Assembly: GCF_036321535.1 (NCBI RefSeq)
Contig: NC_087438.1
Span: forward strand, 3,288,001 to 3,352,000
Source: Camelus dromedarius
Taxonomy: Eukaryota
Direction of reading: 5' to 3'
DNA: 64,000 nt
Every line of letters begins with the position of its first letter. Positions within the stretch are counted from its first letter, which is position 1. The position numbers were made by a program, and so were the translations under genes. Shown one piece after another: positions 50,292 through 63,406 of this stretch. The notes beneath the pieces were generated by a model that searched no databases, had not been told where the DNA came from, and was given only the letters and a program-made list of their open reading frames with translations.

Positions 50292-51869
50292 GAGAGAAGG
50301 AGAATTCAGCAGACGCAGGGATCAGTTTGAGGGAAGGAAACCAGGAGAAAGATGGCGTCCTGGGAGCCCTGGGGCTGCCTGTAGGGAGGACTGGGTTCCC
50401 GGGTGTGTCGATTGGCAAGTTAGGCCACTTTATTTTTTATAGTAAAAGATGGGATAATATTCCTAGGACGGGTGACGGGAGTAGGAGTGACCTTATATAT
50501 TCTGCTTTCCTCTCCTGTTTGTCTAGTTTCTCCTCATTCATCAATGTGAAGGGTTATTTTATCTCATTATGTTGAAAGTATTTTTTAAATCATTTCTATA
50601 AAAAGATTGAAGATAAACTGATTAATCAATTTATTAAATAACTACCTCACCAATGGCCCTTTTCACCTCAAATCAGATTAGTGTGACAATAGAACACGTG
50701 ACCAGACTTTGTTGTGTGTGGCCACCATCATGGTGCTTCCAGGAATCCAGAAAACTCCATGGAGATAGGAGGCAGTAACTCAAACTCTCACCAGTAACTT
50801 ATTTATTTTCTTTTCCATTTTGAAAGTGAATTGGCGTTCTCACCCACCCAGGTGGATTTACCCACATCCTCGTCCCCCACAACCACATATTCTGTAACCA
50901 AACGGAAACGTTCTAACTCCTGACGTGTAAGTACGCGTCAATTTGTCAACGCCGGAGGGCCTGCACCTGACGCGCCGGGCACCGTGCCTCCCCTGGCCTG
51001 ACGGGCAAGCGTAGAGCCAGTCACACACGGACTCCGTACAACCCCTGGTTCTGGAGTGGCTTTTTCCAATTTACAGCATATTTGAATGTGGTTGTACTTA
51101 ATGACTCATGCCTTTGAAATCAGGCTCGTGTTTTGTTTGGTTGTTTTATAAATTGGTGACTATAAGCCGTTATTTATATTACTTAACAACTCTGTTTCGT
51201 ATGCGCCTGCCTGCTTTGTTGCCGGGCACAGTGTTTAGTCTGAGAACTCACAAGCACAAACTGTTAAACAAGATGAAAGCGGCTTCGGACCTGGCCTGGG
51301 GGTGGGAAACGCCGCACAGGGCCGCCGCATGAATGCAGCCTGTAAATGATCACAGAGAGGTTTACAGATGGCGCGCGCTCTCCCCAGCCTCCCATCCCCT
51401 TTCTGGACACACTAAGCAAAGGGAACTCGTGATCTCCCCCGAGCTGAGCACAAGGCTTCAGTTGGTACCAGGCGAGAAGGCAGTGCCGAGTCAGCGTGGC
51501 CCCCTTGTCAGTCAGATCAGACTGTCCCCGGGGAAACACGACTGACAGTGCAAAAGCCCCAGAAAACCAAGGCGGCTCTCCCAGACAAGATGGGCTCGCT
51601 GGCCCTTCACTTTATGTTTCAGTAGAATGCTTTCAGAAGCGCACAGGCCCCTCGGAAGCTCCCTCCCCTGCGCCAGACCAAAGGCACCCCCCCTCCACCC
51701 AGCAGCGCCCCCTGCAGTCAGCTCATCCTCGTTCTCCCTGTACTGGGAGATGGGAGTTTTTCAAGAATAATTACAGCAAATTGGTGACCATTATTTCCAT
51801 GTTCGGGACCATTGCCCTTGAGGTAGACAGTTACTGAACTTGGCTGACTGAACACTGAACCTCAGGGCT

Positions 51870-52235
51870 GAATGAGCCCCAGTGAGGGTCACCAGCCCCG
51901 TCTCCGACTGTGTAACTGAGGGAACAGCGACTGCACTCAAGCCTGGGGTCGTGAGTAGATGTGAAGCACATCGCTCGGGAACACGTGAAGTCCTGGCCTC
52001 CCAGACCCCCACCCAGGACTCTCCCTCTCTTGCTCCGTCTGCTGCCTTACTGCAGACAAACACAACACCTTGGGGATCATGAGTCCTTCCAGGATGGGAG
52101 GAGCCTGTGTCCCAGAGTCACGGCTGGGGGACGAGCTGCCCACCCATGAGGGACACTGTTGTGGATTTTGAGTAAGAAATAAACTTCAGTACACTGGGGT
52201 CATTACTCCTGTAGCCTAACGTTCACGACCTGTAC
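51870..52235 (+). mobile_element. MLT1J/K-like MaLR LTR remnant
   Basis: caggatgggaggagcctgtgtcccagagtcac...gagctgcc...ttttgagtaagaaataaacttc. Confidence 0.5.

Positions 52236-52238
<3 letters not shown>

Positions 52239-52270
<32 letters not shown>
52239..52270. repeat. (TG)16 microsatellite
   Basis: Perfect dinucleotide run. Confidence 0.95.
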
Positions 52271-52273
<3 letters not shown>

Positions 52274-53779
52274 TAATACCATCCTCTCAAAAACCAGCTC
52301 AGCTATGTGAATTTAAAAGACAACCACCACACCCCACAGAGCTACACTGAAGCAGCAAAGCCCCAGACGAGCTATAGACGACGCTCAGGCTCTAGTGACG
52401 GCTGTGGCAGCCTTGTGGTTCTAGTGTCACCCAAGTTGTTGCTGGGAGGGTGGTATGAAGTCTTGTTGCTCCCATACCTCACAATCTACTAAAAAAGAGC
52501 CAGCTGGCCCTCAGGTACAAATACAGATCTTTTATTTCTCATCCAACAATCCATGTTCCCATCTGTTGTGGAAAGTGGATCTAGTATGTTTGGACACAAG
52601 AAAGTGTTACTGCAGCCTGCTTCCAAAGAGAACCTGCAAGAAGTGCACATGGTGGGAATTCTCAGAGCTGAACGGGGTGGCCAGGGGCTCTGCGGGCACG
52701 GGGTGTGTTCTGGACCATAGACGTGCCTCCGGGATGAGCAAAGCCTCTTGGTTTCCAATACTTTTATGGAAAAGTTGCTTCTAGGACACCTAAGACAATC
52801 TCTTTTAGTAAAAGTAATTTGTTCTTATTGCTATTGTTTTTGTTGTTGTTGTTATAATAAACTGTATTGTATTAAATACAAATAAATTAAAGAGACTCTC
52901 AAGACGGAATATGTTTGTGTCTGGACCTCTTGTAAAGTAGCCTGCATTTCCAGTAGCAGAGATGCACCTGCGGTTTATGTAACAGTATTTCCACGGCGCT
53001 CAAAATACTGGGGAACTGCATGCACTAGACTATGAAATAGGCTGTAAACCATGGGGCCAGGCTTCTGAGACTTGTCCCTGGCCCTTCCCCTTGACTTACT
53101 GTTTATTCAAAGGCAGCTACTTCAGGACTGATATCCCCTCATCCGTCTGATGAGAGGGAGTCGATTTTTATGAAAGTCCTTCTGACTTCAGAATCCTCTT
53201 CTTTCTGTTCATCCCAGCAACACGTACGACCAGTTTGAGAAGCTTGTTGGTCTGGCAGGGACTGGCTGGATGCTGCCTGAACCTGGGGCCTCTTCTTTTG
53301 GGATACAAGGCTGGAGGCAGTGTCCTGTGCTCCCCTGCAGGAAGGTGTGGCCATGTGGCTGAGTGCCAGGGTGCCCATCACGGCCCGGAAACCTCCCACG
53401 GGATTTCGTCTCTCCCTGCCCCTCCAAGGAGTGACTGCAGAGTGCTCTGAGGAGCCACAGGAGGGCAGAGGCAGGTTCGGGAGGTGATGGAGATCCTGAA
53501 GGGGCCTGTGGAAAACGCTCCACCAGACACCCGTGGTCCTGGACCAGGGTGTGAGGGAGAAATGAACTACATGTGATCCAGAGGGCGCTGGGCACTTACG
53601 TTCAAAGCATCTGGCGTTGCTTTAGTATAAGTTGACATCGCTTTTTAAAGTTTTCCAGCCTAAAATATACGAGGTGTCCATGGGCGAAAACTTCGGCCCC
53701 GCGTCCTGAACCTGCGGCTTGTGCACTTCCTGAGGCCGAGCCACACTGATGATTCCAACGACTGCCTTCCAGATTAGGC

Positions 53780-53915
53780 CTGGGGTTTAATATTAAGGGT
53801 CAGAGAATTCTTTGTCGGGGAAGGGGCTGCCAGTGCAGCGGGGTCTCTCCCTGCTGCTTGCCAGAAGCACCCTTCCCTGAGTTGTGACAATAAAAAGTGT
53901 CCCCGGACACTGAAG
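53780..53915 (-). mobile_element. MER20 fragment
   Basis: gaattctttgtcgggg...tgccagaagcaccc...agttgtgacaataaaaagtgtccccggacactg. Confidence 0.6.
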
Positions 53916-54796
53916 CAGCACCTCCTGGGCAGAGGGGCTGTCACTTCCCTATATCAACAGAACAGCTTGTTAACAGAAACATGGAAATTCTACTGCTCGA
54001 CTACCTTTAAACATATTGAAACTATAAAATCTTAAAGTCTGTTGGGCATTTAGACATCAGCCAATGCCATGCTGTCACCGCCTCCTGGAATCCCCACCCA
54101 GAGTGGCACCCCTGGCCTCCAGGACTGCAGGGGGCTGGGGTCCACCTGGCTCTTCCAGGACCTCTTCCCCTGCAGGCAGCAGGACTTGCCAAATACAAAC
54201 CAAATCACAACGGCATATTCAGTTCTAAAAGAGAAACGTGGATGTTTTGTAAACACCATACATGGCGCTGATTATTTAGCATTTATTAAATGCTCGTAAA
54301 CCACTTTCTTAACTTCAAAGGTTTTAGTGTTGCTCGCTGTTACTAAGGAATCACGAGATGGTGGAGAGCGTATTAACTGAACAGCAAACCAGTTATCTGG
54401 GTGGCACAAAAACTGAATATTAAATAGTTTATTTACTACAGCAGATTGATATACTTCATATTGTACAGAGAGAGTGGAATTTACTCTAACTTTCTATGTT
54501 CATTCCTTTTGACCTCCTGCCCAAATCACACTGTCTCACAGCCCTGTTGCTCGTCCTCTCGAGTGAAATGAGAGCTCTTTTCTCCCCCCACCCCGAGACG
54601 TTTCTCCCTGGCTGCTGGTGCACGTATGCACCTGATGAAAGACTTTTGATCACTTCAGACATTTAAACGCAAACGCCATTTTAATACATTTTTTCTTGAC
54701 ATATTTAGCCTATCAAAATGTCAACAGAAAGCAAAAATGTCAAATTAATTACATTTGCTTTTGCTATGCATGCACATACAGGCAGCAGTTAGCACC

Positions 54797-55157
54797 TGCT
54801 AGAGACTGAATGTCTCTGTCGCCCCCAATTCATACATTGAAATCCTAACCCCAAGGCGATGGTCTTAGGAGGTGGGGCCTCTGGGAGGTGATTAGATCAC
54901 GAGGCAGAGCCCTCGTGAGCGGGATTAGTGCTCTTATAAAAGAGACCCCGGAGAGATCCGTCCATCCTTCCACCAGGGGAGGACACAGCGAGAAGGTGGT
55001 CATCCATGAACCAGGGAGGAGGTTCTCGCCAGACACCAGATCTGCCAGTGTCTTGATCTTGGGCTCCCAGCCTCCAGCACCATCAGGGATAGATTCCTGT
55101 GGTGTGTCAGCCACCCTGTCTGTGGTATTTCATTGTAGCAGCTGGAATGGACTAAAA
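54797..55157 (+). mobile_element. MLT1A0 MaLR LTR, essentially full length
   Basis: gactgaatgtctctgtc...aattcatacattgaaatcctaacccc...ggattagtgctcttataaaagagacccc...ccagacaccagatctgcc...ggaatggactaaaa. Confidence 0.9.
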
Positions 55158-55699
55158 TGGTATCCAGGTAGCTGATCATATGGAGCTGCATGTTCTCCAT
55201 TTGCATAAACGATGTATCAAAGCATTGGCCTTGGCCCTCAGCAGGTTTTGATTTCCCACAAAAGAATGCTGGTACGTGGCTGCGGGGACTGGTGGTGATT
55301 TGTGGGAGAAGACCTGATCCAAGAAATGCCTTCCTCGAGTTCCCTGGCGGACCTAGGGAGCGGCTTGGAACAGTCGCAACCACTCTTGCCTCCGGCAGTC
55401 CGAGTGCACAGCCCTCTGAAGTTCAGCGTCTGTTTCGTCCAAAGTGTAAGGCTCGGGATCCTTGAACGGCAGACAGACCCAGCACACAGACGTACTCCAG
55501 CAGCCAGCCTGCCCCTCTGTCATCAAGCACTTCCTCAGCAGCGTTCGTTCACTGAAAAGATTCCAAGCTCTGTGAGCGGCCCAGGACGTGTGTAGGCACG
55601 TGCAGCTCTTGCCGAGACAACGGGCTGGTGAGCAGTTCCAGGGCTCGCTCCTGCCGGGTTCCTTCTGCCTCGCTCCCTCCTCCTCCTTCCTTTCCTCGT

Positions 55700-55950
55700 G
55701 GGCTCTTTACGTGTCTCTCTGACCGAGGTGCTCACTCCCTGGGTCTCTTCTCTTTCTGTCCACAGTCGCTCCCAAGTCTCATGGTTTCAACACCATGTGT
55801 ACCCACGTCAGTCCCACAGTTAACCCCCCAGCCTGGTCCTTCCCCCCAAATTCTACGCTCTCATACAAGTAGCTTCTCAGCACTGACACTCCATGTATTC
55901 GAACATCTCGGAACATAAAGTGATCCGAATGCATTGAATATTTCCCCCTC
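55700..55950 (+). mobile_element. L2 fragment
   Basis: tctcatggtttcaacaccat...tccatgtattcgaacatctcggaacat...ccgaatgcattgaatatttcccc. Confidence 0.4.
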
Positions 55951-56320
55951 CTTTTGGGGGGGAAGGATAGACATTAAAAACTTGTTACTTTGACGCAGTT
56001 TCCTTAAGCGAGTCTCATCAAGACCCCTGTGCACATTTCTTGGGAAGAGAATTTTCGCTTTATCACAAGTAGAACATGCAGAGCTCGCAAAGCTTCGACG
56101 GACGATTCCTGCACAAAACTGTGCCTTCTTGCTCTTCGGTACTGGCGCTGCAGGGTGGAGGGGCCTCTCAGTGGGCCCTTTCCGCCGAGACCTTGGGACT
56201 ACGGTTGGATGCCGTCCGTGTCCGTCTCTCTGTCTCAGGACAGCCCTGGACAGGGCCAGACACACTTGCCCTTTGGAGCAGAGGCCCCATTGGGTGTAGA
56301 GACTTTTGCACTTGCCTGCC

Positions 56321-57117
56321 TTTTATTTATTCATTTATTTATAATAAAAATATGGTTGCTATACAATATTATGTAAGTTGCAGGTGTACGATAGAGTGAT
56401 TCGCAGTTTTTGGAGTTTACATTCCATTCATAGTTATTAGAAAATATTAGCTCGATTCCCCTTCTTGTAAAATATACGTTTATAGTTTACTTCACATCTA
56501 ATACTTTGCACCTATTAATCACCTACCCCCATGTTGCCTCCCCTTCCTTCCCTCTCCACATGGATAACCACTATGTTTTTCTCTGTATCTGTGAATCTGC
56601 TCCTTTTTTGTTATATTCACTAGTTTGTTGTATCTTTTTAGAGTCCACATATAAATGATATCCTACAGTATTTGTCTTTATCTGTCTGACTTACTTCACT
56701 TAGTGTAATGCCTCTCAAGTCCATCTGTGTTTCTGCAAATAGCAGCATTTCATTCTTTTTATGGCTGAGTAGTATTCCATCATACATATACCACGTCTTC
56801 TCTATCCATTCATCTGCTGATGGACACATAAGTTGCTTCTATATCTTGGCAAATGTAAATAATGCTGCTATGTACATTGAATTGCATGTATCTTTTTGAA
56901 TTAATGGGGTTTTTTTCCAGATATATGCCCAGGAATGGAATTGCTGGGTCATATAGGAGTTCTATTTTCAGTTGTGTGAGGAACTTCCAGAGGTTTTCCA
57001 CAGTGGCTGCACCAGTTTACATTCCCACTAACAGTGTACAAGGGTTCCCTTTTCTCCACATCCTTGCCAACATTTGTTGTTTGTAGTCTTTTTGGTTACA
57101 GCCATTCTGACAGGTGT
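56321..57117 (-). mobile_element. 5'-truncated L1 (ORF2 C-terminus and 3'UTR), intermediate age
   Basis: ORFs 56810..57001 (KIELLYDPAIPFLGIY) and 56638..56829 (CPSADEWIEKTWY...LSEVSQTDKDKY) are frameshifted ORF2; A-rich tail at the left. Confidence 0.9.
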
Positions 57118-58109
57118 TTGAATGGAAGTGAGGTGGAGGTTACTGTTCAGCCACGTGGAAAAGGGAGAACTTTGGTAGCAGAGGGCTCACGTGGGTGAAG
57201 CAGCACCTGAGTGATGCTCCATCTTTGGACTGCACAACAAGGGGGGTTAGAATGACTCTTTTCCTGGTCTCTGCTCAAACTTTGTCTTATAATTTATTTA
57301 AATGAATCAAAATTAGGCCTTGTCAATAAAAAGGGGGTGTCATCTCTGATTTTAAAACAAGCTAAGCAGAGCTTCTGATTGATTCTATGACATTCATCTG
57401 CAATAGACCATCACTTCTCCCAGGTAGATGGTGGTAATGTGCAGGGCCTTACCGTACACTGACAAGAACTCAAGTAGGGTGAGTCTATCAGAATTCTCTG
57501 GGGTTAAATGCCTACCTTTTAAGTATTGTTCTTTAAAAAAATAAGAAACTATTCATCAATATTATTTTCTATAATAGGTAAGTAACATGTTCTTATGTGT
57601 CAATGTCAGGGTTATAAGAGTGAAAAATCAATAAGCTTATGTAAAAAACAAGCTGAAAATCCTACAAATGAAGTTTTCAAGTGAGAAACGGATCAAGCCA
57701 AGGTTTTGCTTTTGGACAAAGATGCAGAGAAGTGAGGAATAAGAGCTTGAGGTGAGAAAGCCTGAAGGTGACATTCACCCATGTCGTCACAATTCGTCAC
57801 ACGTCGTCACACGATATACAAGTGAGAAAACGCTGACCCAGAAGCTGTGGTTTATGATTAAAATCTTCATAATTTAAAATGATCTCTGTCCTCCCATCTC
57901 AACACAGATTGTGTTTGCAAAATAAAACACACAGAAAGCTGTATTTTTTACATTTAAAAGATAGATGGGAGGTTAGATTGACTTTTGTATAAGAGATTTA
58001 GAGCACAACTTAGTATAGAGTCAAAAAATTAAATAACTGAGCTTGCTTTATCTGCAGAAAAAAACAAAAGTGAATTTAGTTTGAAATTATCCTTTCAAGG
58101 TATATGTGG

Positions 58110-59420
58110 GCATATTTCAAGCCTAAGGAAATATGTGTGATGAGGTTTTTGTCTTTTATTTTATTCATAACTGTGAATTACATTACCCATTTTATCGACT
58201 TTAAACCAACGTGGCATTTTCCTGAGATAAGCCCCACTTGTTCACGGTGCACAGAGCACATGCTGCTGGATTGTGTTGCTACTATTTTGCTGAAGATTTT
58301 AAAATCTGTACTTATAAAGCATAGGAAAGTACACTGACCCGGATTTTCCTTTTCTTATATTTATCTGGTTTTAGTATCATAACAACACTGGCTTCATAAA
58401 ATGAGTTGGGAAATATTCCATCCTCTTCTATTTTTGGAAGTCTGTGAAGAACTGGTACTAATTCTTCAATCTTTGATAGAATTTGCCAGCGATGCTGTCT
58501 GGGTCTGAGATTTTGTTTGCAGGACTTTAGTTACCAAGTCAGTCTCTAACTACTATAGGTCTATTGAAATTTTCTGTTTCTTTTTGAATCAGTTTTGTTA
58601 ATTTGCACCTTTCTATGAATTCGTCCATTTGCTCTAAGTCAACGAATTTGTTGGCATACAATTGTTCGGAGTCTTCCTTTATGTTCCTTTTATTTAATGT
58701 CTCCTTTTTATTCTTGATTTTGGTAATTGCACTCATGGTTTTTCTTGATCATTTTAGCTAAAGTTTATAAATTTTCTTTGTCTCTTCAAAGAATGAGTTA
58801 TTTCCCCACCCCACTGTTGTGTATTCTCTATTTCATTGACATCCTCTCTTCTTTGTCTGGCCTCTTTATTGTGGAAGGCAAATCAATTGATTTGAGATCA
58901 GTTTTAACACAGGCGTTGACACTGCACATTTCTAAGAACGCTGGAGCCATGTCCGATACATTTTGGTATGTTGTTGCTTTCATTTTCATCCATCTCAAAG
59001 TATTTTCTGTTTTTCCTTCTGACTTCTTCTTTGGATCATTGCTTACTTAGGAATGAGTAGCTTAATTTCAACATATTTGTGAATGTATGAAATTATTTAC
59101 TGTTACTGATTTTGAATTTTATCCCATGTTAGTCAGATAATGTAGTTTGTATACTTTCAATCTTTTTAAAATGTAGCGAGCTCTGTTTTGTGGCCTAGTA
59201 TGTGGTCTCTCCTGGAGAACGTTCTCTGTGCACTTGAGAAGAATGTGCTTCCTGCTGTGTTTGCAGGGCGTGTTCTGCAGAGGCTGGGTGGGGCTGAGTG
59301 GTCTGCAGTGCTCTTTCTGTCTTCTGGTAACTTCTGACTGGTCGTTATGTGTATTATGAAGTCTCCTTCTGTTGTTAAAATGTCTGCTTCTCCTTCAGTT
59401 CTGTAAGACTTTGCTTCGGG
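58110..59420 (-). mobile_element. Ancient L1 ORF2 (N-terminal/central) fragment
   Basis: ORF 58539..58736 EQLYANKFVDLEQMDEFIERCKLTKLIQKETENFNRPI is L1 ORF2; tgtgcacttgagaagaatgtg is the endonuclease region. Confidence 0.85.
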
Positions 59421-59424
59421 TCAC

Positions 59425-59607
59425 CTTGCCCTCACCTGGCAGAGAGCAGAGGAGAAGCACGCTCTCTCATGCCTCCTACAGGAACACTAGTCCCATTAAT
59501 GAGCGGTCCACCCTCTGACCTCCCAAAGGACCCAGCTCCTAACACAATCACACTGCGGGGTTTCGACATATGAACCTGGGGCAGGGAGACGCATTTAGTA
59601 CATAACA
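59425..59607 (-). mobile_element. MLT1A-type LTR fragment
   Basis: cactagtcccattaatgag...cctcccaaaggacccagctcctaacacaatcacact...tttcgacatatgaa...agtacataaca. Confidence 0.7.
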
Positions 59608-59969
59608 AGAATGTGTGTCACTCTTTAAATACTATGAAGCTTATAAAAATTATACTTGTACTCCTCCCATTCTAGGTATGAGATAGAGCATCCAAATAAA
59701 TTATTTAACATCGAGAGAAATTGAGAGAATATTTTACTGCTTTTTCCTGTTATGTAGTGACAGTTTCAAAACCTCTGGAGCTTTACTGGGTTTATACTCT
59801 TTTACTAAATTACTTCAAACTGCTTTTCTTTTTATATTTTTCTCTGTTTTCCAAGTTATTGAAACTTCCCACTTTAGATCCATTTAAGCAAATAACTGTG
59901 ATTACGGAAATCTTTCTAAAGCATTACATGCTTTCCTGGTTTAAAATGGGATAGAAAATTGTTCTTCCT

Positions 59970-60420
59970 GTTTATGACTCCTGGTCATCTTGGCCCTCTG
60001 ATCGGTTCTGCTCTTTTTCTGCTCTGCTTTGAGCTGCAGAACTCATGGCTCCAAGTTTATTTTCCCAGCTCCCAGTTCATCTCATTGGGTACTGGTGGGG
60101 TGCAGCCCAGCTAGGCACTGGGGAAGGTGGGAGAAAGGGAAAAACCAGCTTTGTCTTCTGTCCGTCTGCTCCCAGTGGCAGTGACTTTGTGGTAACCCCA
60201 GCATCTCCAGGAAGACCCACTATGGTGAGTTTCAGCTCAATTCCGTGCCCCTCCCCTCCCCAACCATGCACTGGCCTGGATGCAGTGGCTTCCTACTAAT
60301 GCTAATCTTTTGATCCTCACCAATCTCTCTCTGGCTTCTCAGCTTCTCCCTCAACTACGTAATGATTTTCCTGCATTAAATTCTCTCTTGTTATATTATA
60401 TTTTCTTTTCAATGACTGAA
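59970..60420 (+). mobile_element. LTR33-like ERVL LTR
   Basis: gtggcttcctactaatgctaatct...cctcacc...tggcttctcagctt...cctgcattaaattctctc. Confidence 0.6.
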
Positions 60421-62053
60421 GTTCATGTTGGTGAGCAGTAATTTCTGTTCTGAATCATAGATAGGCAGGGGACAGCTCTAACTCCTCTCCTGCTTCAAAG
60501 TCATACTTTGGCTAAAATTCTGATATGCTTTGACTACCGCTGCGTCTCCTCCTTAAAGATACCCCTGCCTAGCTTGAGGGAAGGGGCTTCACTATAGTGG
60601 CTTGGGGACTTGGAGAAATTTTGCTATTTTTATGACACAAATGTTGGCTTCTCTGAATAAATCAGACATATAAGGAAATGATGTCAAATTTAATTGAAAA
60701 ACTCGCTATCTTTCCACATGGAGGTCTACTTCTAGATTAATCTGTATTCCTGGCCTCCTTTTCTACCCACTCACCCCTCCCAAATAGAGAAAATGTGAAT
60801 GATGTGACTGACAAACGGGGAAGAGCAAGGCCCATCCTGTCATCTCGTTGGCCCCTTGGCTCTGGTTTGATCGGAAATTTGTCTGAAGTAAGTGTCTCCT
60901 CTCTGACCCTCCTTGTCATCAGTTTTCAAGGGCAGGAGGAGGCTGAAGTTTTCGTCTCAACCAATAATTGGACGGGTTCAGTTCAGGAAGCCCGTGTTTG
61001 CCAGAGAAGGCAGCTGTTCTTTGCAAACAGCCTTAATAGTAAAGGCACCTCTTTCTTCTCCATCTCTTTGACTTCTGGCTCTTCCTCTTAATCAAAGCCA
61101 AATGCAGAGACAGGAAGACATTTATTAACTCTTTCAAAGCCCCATCCCAAGTTTACAGAGCAAACATTTCATTTCACATTCTTGCTGGTGCATGTTTAAT
61201 TCTCTCAGGTCAGAATCCCTGAATCCCTTCCTGGGAAGATGATATAAAAGGGATTTCACTGTTCTGATGATTCCCAAAGGAGACATCAATGTCTCTTTCT
61301 TGGCCATATACCTTTAAAACATTTCTCAGTAACACTAATTTAAAAAGAAATGCCTATATGAGAAAGGTACACATGATTATTTTATCCAATATATGTGGTG
61401 TCTTGTTGTTTTACCTGAAATATGATTAAAGACAATGTTGAGTTTTCATACTGTTGAAGCGTTCAGAGGAAAGGCGGAGCGATCCCCTGAATCTACTCTC
61501 AGTGCCCCCAAATTTGGTGGTTGACATCATAGAGTCAAAGTCTTCCCCAAAATGGCCAGAAGTTTTAACTTCCAGATGTTTTTATGTTTTTGTCTTAAAG
61601 TGGGCACATTTGGATGGGGTGCTGCACCAACCATCGTAGCATCCTCTTGAGTTGGTGAATGCCCATCAGGGAAGGAAGAAGTGGACCATGAAAGGGTAAA
61701 TGGTTGGACCCTGGTTACTGGATAAGGGCAACTCAGCTTTGAATCTTGTTCTTTTTATTTATCTAACCCAAAGTCTTCACACTTGGCAGAAAAAAACTAT
61801 ATATAGTAAAATACATAGTGAGTTACAAAATAATTCTGACCCATTGTGACCTAAGAAAAATTGATGGCAATTGTCAAATAAAATAATCTTCTGCCTTTGC
61901 CCATGCCCAGCAGCTCTCTCTAGACAACGAAATTTAGATCCTGCCATTTTTAGGTGAGATCAGAAATTCAGGTGCAAGCTTTAAAGATAATTCTAAGACT
62001 AATAAGTGTGCCTTAGGTTCTAAAAAAGAAGTACTGATAACATTTGATTTTCT

Positions 62054-62879
62054 TTTTTTTTTAACATTTTTTATTGATTTATAATCATTTTACAATGTTG
62101 TGTTAAATTCCAGTGTAGAGCACAATTTTTCAGTTACACATGAACGTATATATATTCATTGTCACATTTTTTTCTCTGTGAGCTACCATAAGATCTTGTG
62201 TTTATTTCCCTGTGCTGTACAGTATAATCTTGTTTATCTATTCTACAGTTTGAAATCCCAGTCTATCCCTTCCCACCCCCCTTCCCCTTGGCAACCACAA
62301 GTTTGTATTCTATGTCTATGAGTCTGTTCCTGTTTTGTATTTATGCATTGTTTGTTTGTTTGTTTGTTTTTGTTTTTTTTAGATTCCACATATGATTGAT
62401 CTCATATGGTATTTTTCTTTGTCTTTCTGGCTTACTTCACTTAGAATGACATTCTCCAGGAGCATCCATGTTGCTGCAAATGGCGTTATGTTGTCGCTTT
62501 TTATGGCTGAATAGTATTCCATTGTATAAATATACCACTTCTTCTTTATCCAGTCATCTGTTGATGGACATTTAGGCTGTTTCCATGTTTTGGCTATTGT
62601 AAATAGTGTTGCTATGAACATTGGGGTGCAGGTGTCATTTTGAAGTAGGGTTCCTTCTGGATATATGCCCAGGAGTGGGATTCCTGGGTCATATGGTAAG
62701 TCTATTCCTAGTCTTTTGAGAAATCTCCGTCCTGTTTTCCACAGTGGCTGCACCAAACTGCATTCCCACCAGCAGTGTAGGAGGGTTCCCTTTTCTCCAC
62801 AGCCTCTCCAGCATTTGTCATTTGTGGATTTTTGAATGATGGCCATTCTGACTGGTGTGAGGTGATACCTCATCGTAGT
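62054..62879 (-). mobile_element. Young camelid L1, 5'-truncated, with intact ORF2 C-terminus, 3'UTR, polyA and TSD
   Basis: ORF 62379..62873 (164 aa) is uninterrupted and includes the Cys-rich motif [18 protein letters not shown]. Exact 11-bp TSD tttgattttct at 62043-62053 and 62880-62890. Confidence 0.95.
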
Positions 62880-62909
62880 TTTGATTTTCTAAAAGGAGAA
62901 TTACTAAAT

Positions 62910-63406
62910 TGTGGTAGGCTTTAAAATGTCCTCCCCACACACACACCCCCACCTACCCACACACACACACACACACAAATACACCTATCTCCTAGTTCCT
63001 GGAATCATTGCAAAAATAAGTAAATAAGTCTTTGCAGATGTGATTAAGGATCTTGCAATGGGAAGATTGTCCCACATTACCTGGGTGGACCCTAAATGCA
63101 ATCCCATGTACCTTCCTGGAGGGATGTTCCACACACAGAGAAGAGCAGGGAGCAATGTGGCCAAGGAGGCAGCGCCTGAACTGACGTGATCACAAGTCTG
63201 GACGTGCACAGACACCAGAAGCTGAAAGAGGCAAAGAACAAATTGTCCGCCAGAGCCTCAGTGGGTGCGGCCCTGCTGACACCTTGATTTTGGACCAGTG
63301 CAACTGATTTCAGAATGGCCTCCAGAATGATCAGAGAATAAATTTCAGGTCCTTTTAAGCCACTAAGTTCATGACAATTTATCACAGCGGAGATAAGAAA
63401 CTACCA
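62910..63406 (+). mobile_element. MLT1D MaLR LTR with internal (CA)n
   Basis: tgtggtagg...ctttgcagatgtgattaaggatcttg...gggtggaccctaaatgcaatc...cggccctgctgacaccttgattt...agagaataaatttc...taagccactaagtt. Confidence 0.9.
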
